Assembly (NCBI GenBank): GCA_038248855.1
Contig: JBBRXA010000005.1
Span: 22,930 to 86,929, forward strand
DNA: 64,000 nucleotides
Source: Bacteroidales bacterium
GTDB lineage: Bacteria; Bacteroidota; Bacteroidia; Bacteroidales; VadinHA17
Direction of reading: 5' to 3'
The position numbers and the translations under genes were made by a program. Shown piece by piece: positions 8,497 through 17,626 of this stretch (within the stretch, counting starts at the first letter, position 1; each line of letters starts with the position of its first letter). The notes below the pieces were generated by a model that had not been told where the DNA came from, ran no database searches, and saw only the letters and a program-made list of their open reading frames with translations.

Positions 8497-10458
8497 TCAG
8501 ATTATTTTCAAAATGGTGAGTAAAAAGATTAAAACCATGAACATCAGGGCATAAAGAACATAATGCTGCAGTTTACCGGTCTGCATCACGGCTGCCCTCC
8601 TGAGCAGATTGACAATGTAATTGGCCGGTCTCATAATAATTTTCGATCTGAAAAAATCAGATGAGCTTGTATGAAAATCACGTTCTTCCGGGAAGATTTC
8701 CTCCGGTTTATAAGTAATGTTCGAGGCCCCGTTTTTGATTACAGGCCTGATCAACCCGGCATATTCCTGGATAAAAGATGTTGCAGTATACTGCTGCCTT
8801 TCATTTACCGCTGTATAACCGCATCCCCAGGTGGGGCCCTGAACAGGTTTTCTCCTCATTTCGAAGAGTTTTCGTATCAGCCAGACTGTCAGGACGGCGC
8901 CAATCATTATCGCTGCAGCAAGGGACAGGTATTTAACAGGCGTCATTATCGGTTCAGGATCAAACATTCTAACGCTGTCAAATTGATCCGAAGCAATGCC
9001 TGTCAGAGGGCCTACCGTCAGGGCGGGGACAACGCCTATGAAAATAATCAGTATTACCGGCAGGATTTTGGCGCTAAGCATAATTCCCGAAGCTTCTGCA
9101 GTGTGCTCAGGCAATTTTGTCCGCGGCTGGCCAAGGAACATTATACTGAATACCTTCGTAAAGCAGAAGATTGCCAGACCGCCTATGAGGACAAGGGAGG
9201 CCATAGCAACCGTAAAGATCAGAAGTGGATAAAACTCAAGACTGCCGATGCCGGTGAACAGGGAGAAGTAGACAAGATATTCTGAGACAAAACCGTTAAA
9301 GGGAGGTAATCCGCTTATGGCAATTGACCCTATCAGGAAGGATAAGGCAGTATACGGCATAAATTTCATTACCCCTCCCATCTTCTCAATATTCCTGGTA
9401 TGCAGCTGTTGAATTACAGATCCGGCACTGTAAAAGAGCAGAGATTTGAAAAGCGAGTGGTTAAGTGTGTGAAGAATGGCTCCCGTGTAACCGGCTACGG
9501 AAATAAGGCTATTGCCTATGGCATTCCCAAAAATACCCAACCCGATACCTATGCCAATAATGCCAATATTTTCGATACTGTGGTAGGCAAGCAGTTTTTT
9601 AATATCATGCTGGAAAATGGCCATCATCACACCGAAAAGGCCAGTTGCCGCCGAGTACACTATCACTATTATCCCGATGTAATACATGTCTGACTGAAGG
9701 TACATGCTGACACGCAGAATACCGTAAATACCTAATTTGATCATCACCCCGGACATTATTCCTGAGACATGCGAGGGTGCTGCAGGATGAGCCTCAGGAA
9801 GCCAGGTATGAAGCAGGATGAATCCCGCCTTGAGCCCGAAACCAATGAAGAAGAGCAGAAAAACAGGCCAGTTGGGAAAATCGCGAAAATAAACCGTAAG
9901 ACTGTCGAAAGAGATGTTTCCTGACCCCTTTGAAGATATGATCAGGGCAAAAAGTATAAAGAGCATCCCGATGTGCATCTGAACCAGATAGTTAATCCCG
10001 GCCGCCATTGTGCCCTTAATGTCATAATCAAAAATGACAAGTACAAATGATGAAAGGGTCATTAACTCCCATGCGATCAGAAAACTAAAACCGTCCCTGA
10101 AAAGTAACACAGCCACCATCGATATCTGCAACCAGGCAAGAGCCAGATAATGAAGTCTGAGCCAGGCGGAGGGTTTACTCTGAACATGCGGTTTCAGGTA
10201 ACCTGTCGAATATATAAAACCGGTGGCAGCTGTAAAATTAATTATGAGGATGAATACCGCACTCAGCCTGTCGCACGTGATAGCACCAGGAAGGCCGATA
10301 TCAGGCATCACCCCGCTTACCAGAACTTCTATGGCCAGCCACGAAGTCACTGATATGGCGAAGAAAATAAAAATACCTGTCAGAATCAGTGAGACCCTCC
10401 TGTTGAATGCCAACTGAGTAATCGCTATAACAAACAGATAAACAAGCAAATAAGACAT
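8497..10458 (-). CDS. NuoL/HyfB/HycC-like antiporter-type membrane subunit
   Basis: 653 aa with signatures FLIAWELMTLSSF, GFGLKAGFILLHTWLPEAHPAAPSHVSGIMSG, LAYHSIENIGI, LNHSLFKSLLFYSAG. It is the first gene of the six-gene cluster. Confidence 0.85.
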   Translation of the reverse strand: MSYLLVYLFVIAITQLAFNRRVSLILTGIFIFFAISVTSWLAIEVLVSGVMPDIGLPGAITCDRLSAVFILIINFTAATGFIYSTGYLKPHVQSKPSAWLRLHYLALAWLQISMVAVLLFRDGFSFLIAWELMTLSSFVLVIFDYDIKGTMAAGINYLVQMHIGMLFILFALIISSKGSGNISFDSLTVYFRDFPNWPVFLLFFIGFGLKAGFILLHTWLPEAHPAAPSHVSGIMSGVMIKLGIYGILRVSMYLQSDMYYIGIIVIVYSAATGLFGVMMAIFQHDIKKLLAYHSIENIGIIGIGIGLGIFGNAIGNSLISVAGYTGAILHTLNHSLFKSLLFYSAGSVIQQLHTRNIEKMGGVMKFMPYTALSFLIGSIAISGLPPFNGFVSEYLVYFSLFTGIGSLEFYPLLIFTVAMASLVLIGGLAIFCFTKVFSIMFLGQPRTKLPEHTAEASGIMLSAKILPVILIIFIGVVPALTVGPLTGIASDQFDSVRMFDPEPIMTPVKYLSLAAAIMIGAVLTVWLIRKLFEMRRKPVQGPTWGCGYTAVNERQQYTATSFIQEYAGLIRPVIKNGASNITYKPEEIFPEERDFHTSSSDFFRSKIIMRPANYIVNLLRRAAVMQTGKLQHYVLYALMFMVLIFLLTILKII

Positions 10459-10517
10459 TCTGCTTTACTGAAATTCCAGCAGCGAAAGTATACAATTTTT
10501 AAATAAAACCCTAAATC

Positions 10518-11978
10518 TTATACTTCAAGCTGATTGGTACTTCCTTCAACGCTAAGAACTTTCGTTGTGCCGCCCTGGAGAAGGTTCGGATCCACAGGCT
10601 TGTTAGCGGTATACGACCCGCAGGTAAAATCCGGAACATCAATTGAAGAAGACCTGTTGGCGACTGACCACTCGCTCAGAGGTGTTATTGAGCTCCACAG
10701 GGCTGCATCATAAACATCCTGATCAAGCGGCAGTCCGTTGCGAAGGCAGTCTATCAGCCTCCAGTCCATAATGAAATCCATTCCTCCGTGGCCTCCCACA
10801 GCTTTGGCCATTTCGCCCACCCTTTTTACTATTTCCGGGGTATACTGTGCCTGAAAGGCTGAAAATTCTTCAGGTGTAGCCCAGGAATGCCCCAGGGCAA
10901 TTCTCTCCGGATCAGGCCATTTACTTGCCATTCCCTTTGTACCGCTTATAAGATGTATGCGGGAATAAGGTCTGGGACTTGTCACATCATGCTGGATCAT
11001 AATAGTTTTTCCCGCAGATGTTTTTACTGTTGTAGTGTTCATGTTGCCGCGGTATTTTTTACCGGTAAAAGGTTCGAAGAAGGGATCTTCCTTAGCAAGT
11101 ACATCAAGTTCGGCAGCCATCTGGAAGTCATTGGATGAAATTGAAGTGAGATAATCCATTTTATCTCCCCGGTTTATATTCATGATCTGGCATACGGGAC
11201 CCAATCCGTGTGTGGGATAAAGGTTTCCGTTGCGGAGGTTCTCTTTCAGTCGCCACATGTCCGCATAACCATTCTTGTCAAAATTCAGGAACCGCAGGTC
11301 GTGAATATACGCGCCTTCGGCATGTACCAACTCACCGAAGAGGCCCTGGCGTGCCATATTAAGGGTTAAAAGCTCAAAGAAATCATAGCAGCAGTTTTCC
11401 AGCTGCATGCAATGCTTCCTGGTGCGTTCCGATGTTTCTACAAGCTGCCAGCTCTCCTCGAGTGTCACAGCTGCCGGCACCTCAGTGGCGGCATGTTTTC
11501 CGCATTCCATTGCGTAAACGGCCATAGGAGTATGCCACGCCCACGGGGTGCAAATGTATACAAGGTCAATATCAGGATCTTCGCACAGTCCCTTCCAGGC
11601 TTCCTCGCTGCCGCCATATGATCTTGCCTGCGGAAGTCCGAATTTGGTGAGCATTGCCTGCATTTTATCAACCCTGTCACTGAATTTGTCGCACAGGGCA
11701 GCCACTTCTACTCCTTCGATATGAGTCATGCGCTCCACAGCACCCGGACCTCTCATACCGAGCCCGATAATCCCGACCCTCACCTTTTCAAGAGTAGGTG
11801 CGGCGAACCCGCTCATATTGAATTTCTGGGTGTGCTTTGCCGTCACAGCCTTCATTATTTCTGGCATGGCAACTTCGGCTTCCCTTCCGGAAGCACATGA
11901 AACAACGGCTCCTGCGGCCACGGCACCAGCACCTGCAACTGCGGCAGTGCGGAGAAAATCTCTGCGGTTTGTCTTCAT
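10518..11978 (-). CDS. TAT-exported Gfo/Idh/MocA-family NAD-binding oxidoreductase (GH109-like)
   Basis: Twin-arginine signal NRRDFLRTAAVAGAGAV followed by VVSC (possible lipobox). Rossmann motif VGIIGLGMRG. The overall architecture is typical of Bacteroidota GH109-type enzymes. The GH109 assignment is tentative. Confidence 0.75.
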   Translation of the reverse strand: MKTNRRDFLRTAAVAGAGAVAAGAVVSCASGREAEVAMPEIMKAVTAKHTQKFNMSGFAAPTLEKVRVGIIGLGMRGPGAVERMTHIEGVEVAALCDKFSDRVDKMQAMLTKFGLPQARSYGGSEEAWKGLCEDPDIDLVYICTPWAWHTPMAVYAMECGKHAATEVPAAVTLEESWQLVETSERTRKHCMQLENCCYDFFELLTLNMARQGLFGELVHAEGAYIHDLRFLNFDKNGYADMWRLKENLRNGNLYPTHGLGPVCQIMNINRGDKMDYLTSISSNDFQMAAELDVLAKEDPFFEPFTGKKYRGNMNTTTVKTSAGKTIMIQHDVTSPRPYSRIHLISGTKGMASKWPDPERIALGHSWATPEEFSAFQAQYTPEIVKRVGEMAKAVGGHGGMDFIMDWRLIDCLRNGLPLDQDVYDAALWSSITPLSEWSVANRSSSIDVPDFTCGSYTANKPVDPNLLQGGTTKVLSVEGSTNQLEV

Positions 11979-12060
11979 AATTATCGGATTGCTAAAAGAA
12001 TTGCATTATGGATGCAATATACAAACTTCCGGTTTACCTTCAAACAGCCGGAAAGTGAGT

Positions 12061-12294
12061 CTAAATATCTTTCTGTTTCCTTCCGGATTTCACTTTGAGG
12101 AAAATATCCTTTGTCATTGATCCTAAAAGATATCCCAACACCATTCCCCACGGCACCATCAGGTACCAGTTGGATTTAATGGCACAGGTACCTGAAACGC
12201 AGCCGACAAGTTTCCAGTAGAGAAACCCACCGATTGCTCCGATGAATGTTCCGGCAATCTCCGGAAAATATTTTTTCAGTGTAGTTTTAGCCAT
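12061..12294 (-). CDS. Small two-TM membrane protein with a GCxSGxCxI motif (DUF6132-like)
   Basis: The ORF track gives 12061..12321. I prefer the internal start MAKTTLKK (12294), which overlaps the upstream GT gene by 8 nt. Motif VGCVSGTCAIKSN. Confidence 0.55.
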   Translation of the reverse strand: MAKTTLKKYFPEIAGTFIGAIGGFLYWKLVGCVSGTCAIKSNWYLMVPWGMVLGYLLGSMTKDIFLKVKSGRKQKDI

Positions 12295-13426
12295 TTTTCT
12301 TATATGTTTCAGATATAACACGCCTGAAGAGATCTTGTTCTGTTATCTTTTCCCTTTCCCAGGTGACGTCCTGGGCCGCAGCCACTGCTTTATTTTTAAG
12401 CAAGGCCAGAAGCGAAGCGTCATTTTTCAGAAGCATCAGCTTTGCAGCTATTTCTGCCGGTGTTACTTCACTGAGTATTATCCCGCATCCGAAGTCAGCC
12501 ACAAGGGCTGAGACTTCCGGAAGCGGTGATGTTATGACGGGTATGCCGGCAGAAATATAGTCAAAGAATTTGTTAGGCAGGCTGTAACGCTGGTTGAGGC
12601 AGGTGTCTTTATCAAGCGAAAGGCCGGCATCACAGCTTCGCGTATAGCTTATCATTTCCTCCCACGGCATTCTGGGAAGAAACTTCACTTTTTGTGAAAC
12701 CCCTCTTACAATTGCCAGCCTTTTCACAGCTTCATATGCGTCTCCGGATCCTATTACAAGCAGTTTCACTCCTTCGGTCAGGGCCATGGCTTCTATCAGT
12801 TCCTCCGCTCCTCTTCCCGGGTTGATGCCGGAACCCTGGAAGACGGTGAGCAGATCTCCCTCCTTCGCCCCCGCTTCAGTGCGGCTTCGCGGAGAAATGT
12901 TTGCAGCTGATGGTGATACGTTGCGTACTACGACCGGATTTACACCGTATTCCCTTTCATAGAGCCCTGCAATGGATTTGTTTACAGTTATCATCCATCT
13001 GATGCGCGGAAGAAGAAATTCTTCAAGCCGTTTCCAGACATAATATCTTGACCTTCTTTCTGCAAGGCCGTGCTGTCCTGTAAAATACTCGTGCGAATCA
13101 TATACGAGAGGCCTTCGGTACAGCTTTGAGACAAGGAATGAAGGAAGAAGTGTGTCAAGGTCATTAGCGACATAGAGATCCGCCTTCCTTCCAAGCAGGG
13201 AAATGAAGAGCCTCAGATTGAACACCGCATACATCAGGGGACCTTTTTCAAAGGGAATTTTAAGCCGTATCTCCCCTGACCGGCTGGTCCGCAGGTCACT
13301 GATACCATGAATTTTTCTTCCGATAACGGTAACATTAAAACCGTTTTCTCTCAGCAGTTCCGCCTGTTTAAGAACCCGCTGGTCAGTTGAGATGTCACTT
13401 ATTACGGTTAGTACAGCCTTCTTCAT
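12287..13426 (-). CDS. Glycosyltransferase, GT4-like (GT-B fold)
   Basis: 379 aa. The N-terminus MKKAVLTVISDISTDQRVLKQAELL and the C-terminal half (EEMISYTRSCDAGLSL...NKFFDYISAGIPVITS) follow the GT-B, EX7E-type pattern. Confidence 0.75.
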   Translation of the reverse strand: MKKAVLTVISDISTDQRVLKQAELLRENGFNVTVIGRKIHGISDLRTSRSGEIRLKIPFEKGPLMYAVFNLRLFISLLGRKADLYVANDLDTLLPSFLVSKLYRRPLVYDSHEYFTGQHGLAERRSRYYVWKRLEEFLLPRIRWMITVNKSIAGLYEREYGVNPVVVRNVSPSAANISPRSRTEAGAKEGDLLTVFQGSGINPGRGAEELIEAMALTEGVKLLVIGSGDAYEAVKRLAIVRGVSQKVKFLPRMPWEEMISYTRSCDAGLSLDKDTCLNQRYSLPNKFFDYISAGIPVITSPLPEVSALVADFGCGIILSEVTPAEIAAKLMLLKNDASLLALLKNKAVAAAQDVTWEREKITEQDLFRRVISETYKKNG

Positions 13427-13496
13427 CAGATTCCCGGTACTTTAACCCGGTTGAACTCTCCGGACAAGAGCCCTGAAAGATACTAAAGAATTGTTT

Positions 13497-13504
13497 TAAC
13501 TTTG
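13497..13504 (+). promoter_or_regulatory. Candidate -7 promoter box TAACTTTG
   Basis: Exact TAnnTTTG match 28 bp upstream of the ATG at 13533, in the divergent intergenic region between the two glycosyltransferase genes. Confidence 0.35.
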
Positions 13505-13532
13505 TGGGCCTTCACTTGTTACTAAATAAAAA

Positions 13533-14678
13533 ATGGATCAGGCAGCTCCCTCAATAATCCATATTGTCAGTTTCAATGTACCCTATCCTCCGGATTACGG
13601 TGGGGTTATGGATGTTTTCTACAAGATCACATCTTTGAGAAAACAGGGAATCGGAGTGATACTTCACTGTTTCAGTTACGGCAGATCGATGTCAAAAACG
13701 CTTGAGCGCGAATGCCTCAGGGTACACTATTACCAGAGAAACCTGAACCTTTTTCTCCTTTTAAGAAGACAGCCCTTCATTGTACTGTCACGTGAAAACG
13801 AGAAACTTCTCGCTGCCCTGAAAGCCGACAACCATCCGATAATTTTTGAAGGTATCCATTCAACGGCCTGGCTGGGTCATCCTTCGCTCAATGGAAGAAT
13901 GACGATGGTTCGTACACATAACATCGAGCATCTCTATTATAAAAATCTTGCCCAGTCAGAGAAAAATCCTTTCAGAAAGATTTTCTTCCAGACGGAATCG
14001 CGAAAGCTTGAACGGTATGAAACCCGTCTTTCTGAGGCATCACTGCTTTTACCCATTTCCCCCGGGGATACTGAATATTTCAGGACAAAATACGGTAAGG
14101 CACTCTTTATCGGTCCTTTCCACCAGTCTGATAAGTGTGTTTCATCATTGGGCAAAGGAAACTATATACTCCTGCACGGCGACCTTTCAACTCCTGAAAA
14201 CAACGCCTCCGCCTTGTATATAGTACGAATGGTGGCTTCAAAGTGGCGTTACCGGACGGTTCTGGCAGGCAAGAGACCGTCAGCCGAGCTGATGCGGGCG
14301 GCATCTGACTTCAAAAATATCAGGATAATATCCAATCCCTCCCAGTCTAAGATGATTGAACTTATCCTCAACGCGCAGATATGCATTTTGCACGCATCGC
14401 AGCCCACCGGAATGAAACTGAAACTTATCAATGCAATATGTTTTGGAAGACACATTATCGCCTCAGAACCGGTTGTGTCCGGCACCGGGCTTGAAAGCCT
14501 TGTAAGTATTGCCTACAGAGGTGAGGATTGGATTGATCTTTCCTCCAGACTCATGGAGACCGGTTTCACTGATGATATCATCCGGAGGAGAGACGTTCTG
14601 CTTCGTAAAGTAGCAGATAATCAGGCCAATGCAATCAAGATCATTGAGTCCATCAATAACCACAATGTACACCCTTAA
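13533..14678 (+). CDS. Glycosyltransferase (GT1/GT4-type, mannosyltransferase-like)
   Basis: 381 aa. The N-terminus IIHIVSFNVPYPPDYGGVMDVFYK is typical of a Bacteroidota GT-B subfamily. It is divergent from the GT4 gene. Confidence 0.7.
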   Translation: MDQAAPSIIHIVSFNVPYPPDYGGVMDVFYKITSLRKQGIGVILHCFSYGRSMSKTLERECLRVHYYQRNLNLFLLLRRQPFIVLSRENEKLLAALKADNHPIIFEGIHSTAWLGHPSLNGRMTMVRTHNIEHLYYKNLAQSEKNPFRKIFFQTESRKLERYETRLSEASLLLPISPGDTEYFRTKYGKALFIGPFHQSDKCVSSLGKGNYILLHGDLSTPENNASALYIVRMVASKWRYRTVLAGKRPSAELMRAASDFKNIRIISNPSQSKMIELILNAQICILHASQPTGMKLKLINAICFGRHIIASEPVVSGTGLESLVSIAYRGEDWIDLSSRLMETGFTDDIIRRRDVLLRKVADNQANAIKIIESINNHNVHP

Positions 14679-15672
14679 TAAAGACCTTAAGACATTCAAT
14701 ACCTTCGGGATTTCCTGTCTGGCAGGGTCTTTCTTTCAGTTCAGCGAAGAAGAAGAGCTTGTATCATTTATAAGGACAGGAAAAACAGAACAATCTGATA
14801 TTCTGATCCTTGGCGGCGGCAGTAATTTTCTTTTCACCCGTGATTTTCCGGGGTTGGTAATCCACCCGGCCATTTCGGGCATAAGAGTTGAACATCTGAC
14901 AAATGGTTATGTAATTGCAAACGTCGGAGCAGGAGTCATCTGGGACGACTTTGTATCCTGGGCGGTAGAACGGGGGCTGGGCGGAGTCGAGAACCTGTCA
15001 TACATTCCCGGCCTTGCAGGAGCATCTCCGGTTCAGAACATCGGTGCATACGGGGCCGAGGCTGAGGATACTGTCATAAGCGTCAGGTGTGTAATGCTTT
15101 CGAACGGAGAAACTACCGAACTTACATCAGGGGAATGCAACTTTTCCTACCGCAACAGCATATTCAAGAGTGACCTGAAAGGAAAGGCAGTGGTTACGGC
15201 AGTCCGTTTCAGGCTATCAAGAAATCCGGAGCTGAACCTTGCCTACCCAGAGGTAGCCAATGAATGTGGGCTCCTTGGCGGGGCAACACTTGACAATGTA
15301 AGAAAAGCGGTGATAAATATCCGTAGACGTAAACTTCCAGACCCTCTGGAAACAGGCAATGCCGGAAGTTTTTTCAAAAACCCGGTTGTCACTGCTGAAA
15401 AATTCAGCGAGTGCCTGAAGGAGAATCCGGAATTACCCGGTCATCGTCTGCCTGACGGCGAAGTTAAAATACCCGCAGGCTGGATGATAGAAAAATGCGG
15501 CTGGAAAGGCAAAACAGTCGGAGATGCCGGTGTGCACCGCCACCAGGCCCTTATCCTGGTAAATCACGGCAGGGCGAGGGGCAGTGATATAGCTGACCTT
15601 GCCCGGGAGATAAAAAAATCAGTACTTGAAAGGTTTGGCGTGGAACTTGAACCTGAAGTGGAAATAATCTGA
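14665..15672 (+). CDS. murB: UDP-N-acetylenolpyruvoylglucosamine reductase
   Basis: LKTFNTFGI, ILGGGSNFLF, NAGSFFKNP and KIPAGWMIEKCGWKG match E. coli-type MurB. I prefer the start MYTLNK at 14665 to the track start at 14629. Confidence 0.9.
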   Translation: MYTLNKDLKTFNTFGISCLAGSFFQFSEEEELVSFIRTGKTEQSDILILGGGSNFLFTRDFPGLVIHPAISGIRVEHLTNGYVIANVGAGVIWDDFVSWAVERGLGGVENLSYIPGLAGASPVQNIGAYGAEAEDTVISVRCVMLSNGETTELTSGECNFSYRNSIFKSDLKGKAVVTAVRFRLSRNPELNLAYPEVANECGLLGGATLDNVRKAVINIRRRKLPDPLETGNAGSFFKNPVVTAEKFSECLKENPELPGHRLPDGEVKIPAGWMIEKCGWKGKTVGDAGVHRHQALILVNHGRARGSDIADLAREIKKSVLERFGVELEPEVEII

Positions 15673-15673
15673 A

Positions 15674-16699
15674 CTATCTGTAAATTTTTCTTTTGTTCAG
15701 TTCACGCTGATATTCACTGGCATACCGGTTATGCTCTGCAAGAGTCCTCGAGAATTTATGATAACCCGAGAAATCTGATTTTGCTACAAAATAGACAAAA
15801 TCATGCTTTTCGGCTTTCAGAACAGCATCAATCGCAGTTTTGGTCGGGCACCTGACCGGACCGGGCGGAAGCCCCCGGTGAATGTACGTATTGTACGGTG
15901 AATCGACCTTGAGATGCTGTTTTAAAACCCTGCGGATAGTGAAATTGTTAAGCGCAAATTTTACTGTAGGGTCTGACTGAAGCGGGATGCCCAGACGGAG
16001 CCGGTTAAGATAAACTCCTGCCATTCGTGGTTTCTCCTCATTCATTGTTGTCTCCTCATCTATGATTGATGCCAGGACGGACACTTCCGAAGAATTAAGT
16101 CCTGCAGCAGCCGCAGAAGCAAGACGGTCATTATTCCAGAACTTTTTGTACTCCTTTAACATTCTTTCATAGAATTCACCTGCAGCGGTTGTCCAGTAAA
16201 ACTGGTAGGTATCCGGAATGAAGACGGAGATCACCGTCTGATAAGTGAACCCGTCATCAGAATAATTGGCATTGTCTGCGAAAAATGTCATAATTGCTGC
16301 AGAGTCTGCCTCAATCTGCCCTCCAATTTTTCCTGCAAGTTCATTCAGTGTCCTGATATTGTTGAACGTGACATTCACAGGAGACTGCCTTCCGGCTCTG
16401 AACATATTGATTATCTGATTATTGTTAACTCCTTTTTCAATCCTGTAAAATCCGGGTTTAACCGATCCTGAAAAACTCTTCAGCCTGGCAGCAGATACAA
16501 AGCTCTTCCTGTTCTTCAACGCACCTACAGAGAAAAGTGTATCCGTCAGGGCATTGACAGTTATTCCGTCGGATACTAAAATACGGTAGGGCGCCTCAGG
16601 TCCTGCATTTGGCTTAAAAGCGACGCTGCGGATCAGTGAAGCAGTGGTTACTAAACCGAGTACAATGATAACCAGCGATATAATGAGTTTCCTTTTCAT
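15674..16699 (-). CDS. mltG: Endolytic murein transglycosylase (YceG-like)
   Basis: N-terminal TM segment, YceG-domain patterns, and SPYNTYIHRGLPPGPVRCP (the LPPGPI motif). Confidence 0.9.
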   Translation of the reverse strand: MKRKLIISLVIIVLGLVTTASLIRSVAFKPNAGPEAPYRILVSDGITVNALTDTLFSVGALKNRKSFVSAARLKSFSGSVKPGFYRIEKGVNNNQIINMFRAGRQSPVNVTFNNIRTLNELAGKIGGQIEADSAAIMTFFADNANYSDDGFTYQTVISVFIPDTYQFYWTTAAGEFYERMLKEYKKFWNNDRLASAAAAGLNSSEVSVLASIIDEETTMNEEKPRMAGVYLNRLRLGIPLQSDPTVKFALNNFTIRRVLKQHLKVDSPYNTYIHRGLPPGPVRCPTKTAIDAVLKAEKHDFVYFVAKSDFSGYHKFSRTLAEHNRYASEYQRELNKRKIYR

Positions 16700-16726
16700 T
16701 GTACCCGCAAAAATACAAATTTGATC

Positions 16727-17614
16727 TCACTCTTCTGCCTTTTCAAGTACAGGCTTCCCTTTACGAATCTTTACAACTCTGCATACCAGAGTGCTGCCTG
16801 CAGGTACTTCTGAAAGAGTCAAAGTGTGGCTGAAGCCGTTGTCATCGAAGCCGTCACAGATAAATCCTTCACCGGTCTCCAGCGGTGTGCAGGAAGCCAC
16901 GGTGACCCGCATTCTATCTCCCGGTTTAAACCACGGATTTTCTGGCTCAACGGTTTTACGGCTGCCGCTGCTGTATCTCACGATCTTACCCCTGAAAGAG
17001 GCGCCCACCTTAAACCCGTAATGTGAATAGTACCTGACCCGCAGGAGGTGTATATCACCATAGATATCAACTGCAGCATAACAGGGTTCATCATCGGGGC
17101 CGGAAACTGTCTTTATAATCCTGAAATCGTAACTTTTGCCCTCATCAAGCCTTTCCAGATCATCTGCCTCCCTTCTCCGGGTGAAGTACAGTTTACCCTT
17201 GGAGATCCGTTCGACCACCAGGCTTAACTTTTCTCCTTCCTCCTGCAATCCGGCCATGAGCTCCACAGGTACATTTATGAGGTTGCCGAGCATGTCAGAA
17301 ACGGTTGCACTACAGCACCTTATCCCGCTACTGTCAGTGTATTCTGATTTATACCTCACATCGAAACCGTAGCTCTCCCCTTCATTGTAAAAGGGGTTTG
17401 CAGGTTCAAGGAATACCTTGCCACTGCAGTTTATTTTATCGATTTTGCACTGTACAGGGCCCGGCGAAACAAGATTATAACCCCGGTAACACGAAAGCGG
17501 TAAAAGGTATTTTTTGCCGTCCGGCCCTCTAAGCATAAGGTTAACCTCCCCGCCCGGAAGTTCAACAGTCTTTACAGCGTTGAACGTATATGTTTTTCCC
17601 TCCTCTAGTTTCAT
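16727..17614 (-). CDS. Hypothetical protein with an internally duplicated A-B-A'-B' architecture
   Basis: 295 aa. Residues ~3-75 and ~147-225 are visibly paralogous (EGKTYTFNAVKTVELPGG...EPANPFY versus EGKSYDFRIIKTVSGPDD...EPENPWF). No family was recognised. Confidence 0.6.
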   Translation of the reverse strand: MKLEEGKTYTFNAVKTVELPGGEVNLMLRGPDGKKYLLPLSCYRGYNLVSPGPVQCKIDKINCSGKVFLEPANPFYNEGESYGFDVRYKSEYTDSSGIRCCSATVSDMLGNLINVPVELMAGLQEEGEKLSLVVERISKGKLYFTRRREADDLERLDEGKSYDFRIIKTVSGPDDEPCYAAVDIYGDIHLLRVRYYSHYGFKVGASFRGKIVRYSSGSRKTVEPENPWFKPGDRMRVTVASCTPLETGEGFICDGFDDNGFSHTLTLSEVPAGSTLVCRVVKIRKGKPVLEKAEE

Positions 17615-17626
17615 ATGCGGGCAGGG

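Noticed and set aside
8671-9285. 204-aa plus-strand ORF (with 8996..9232, 9400..9693 and 10150..10417) inside the NuoL-like gene.
   Set aside because: These are antisense shadow ORFs within a strongly supported membrane-protein gene. Their composition is Arg/Cys/Gly-rich junk typical of the reverse frames of hydrophobic genes.
3210-10458. Annotating the cluster as a functional hydrogenase-4 / formate hydrogenlyase (hyf/hyc).
   Set aside because: All four NiFe-ligand cysteine positions and three of four proximal-cluster cysteine positions are substituted in frame. No hyp, hycI or fdhF-like genes are present in the window. The substitutions are spread over two genes and involve no frameshift, so sequencing error is unlikely.
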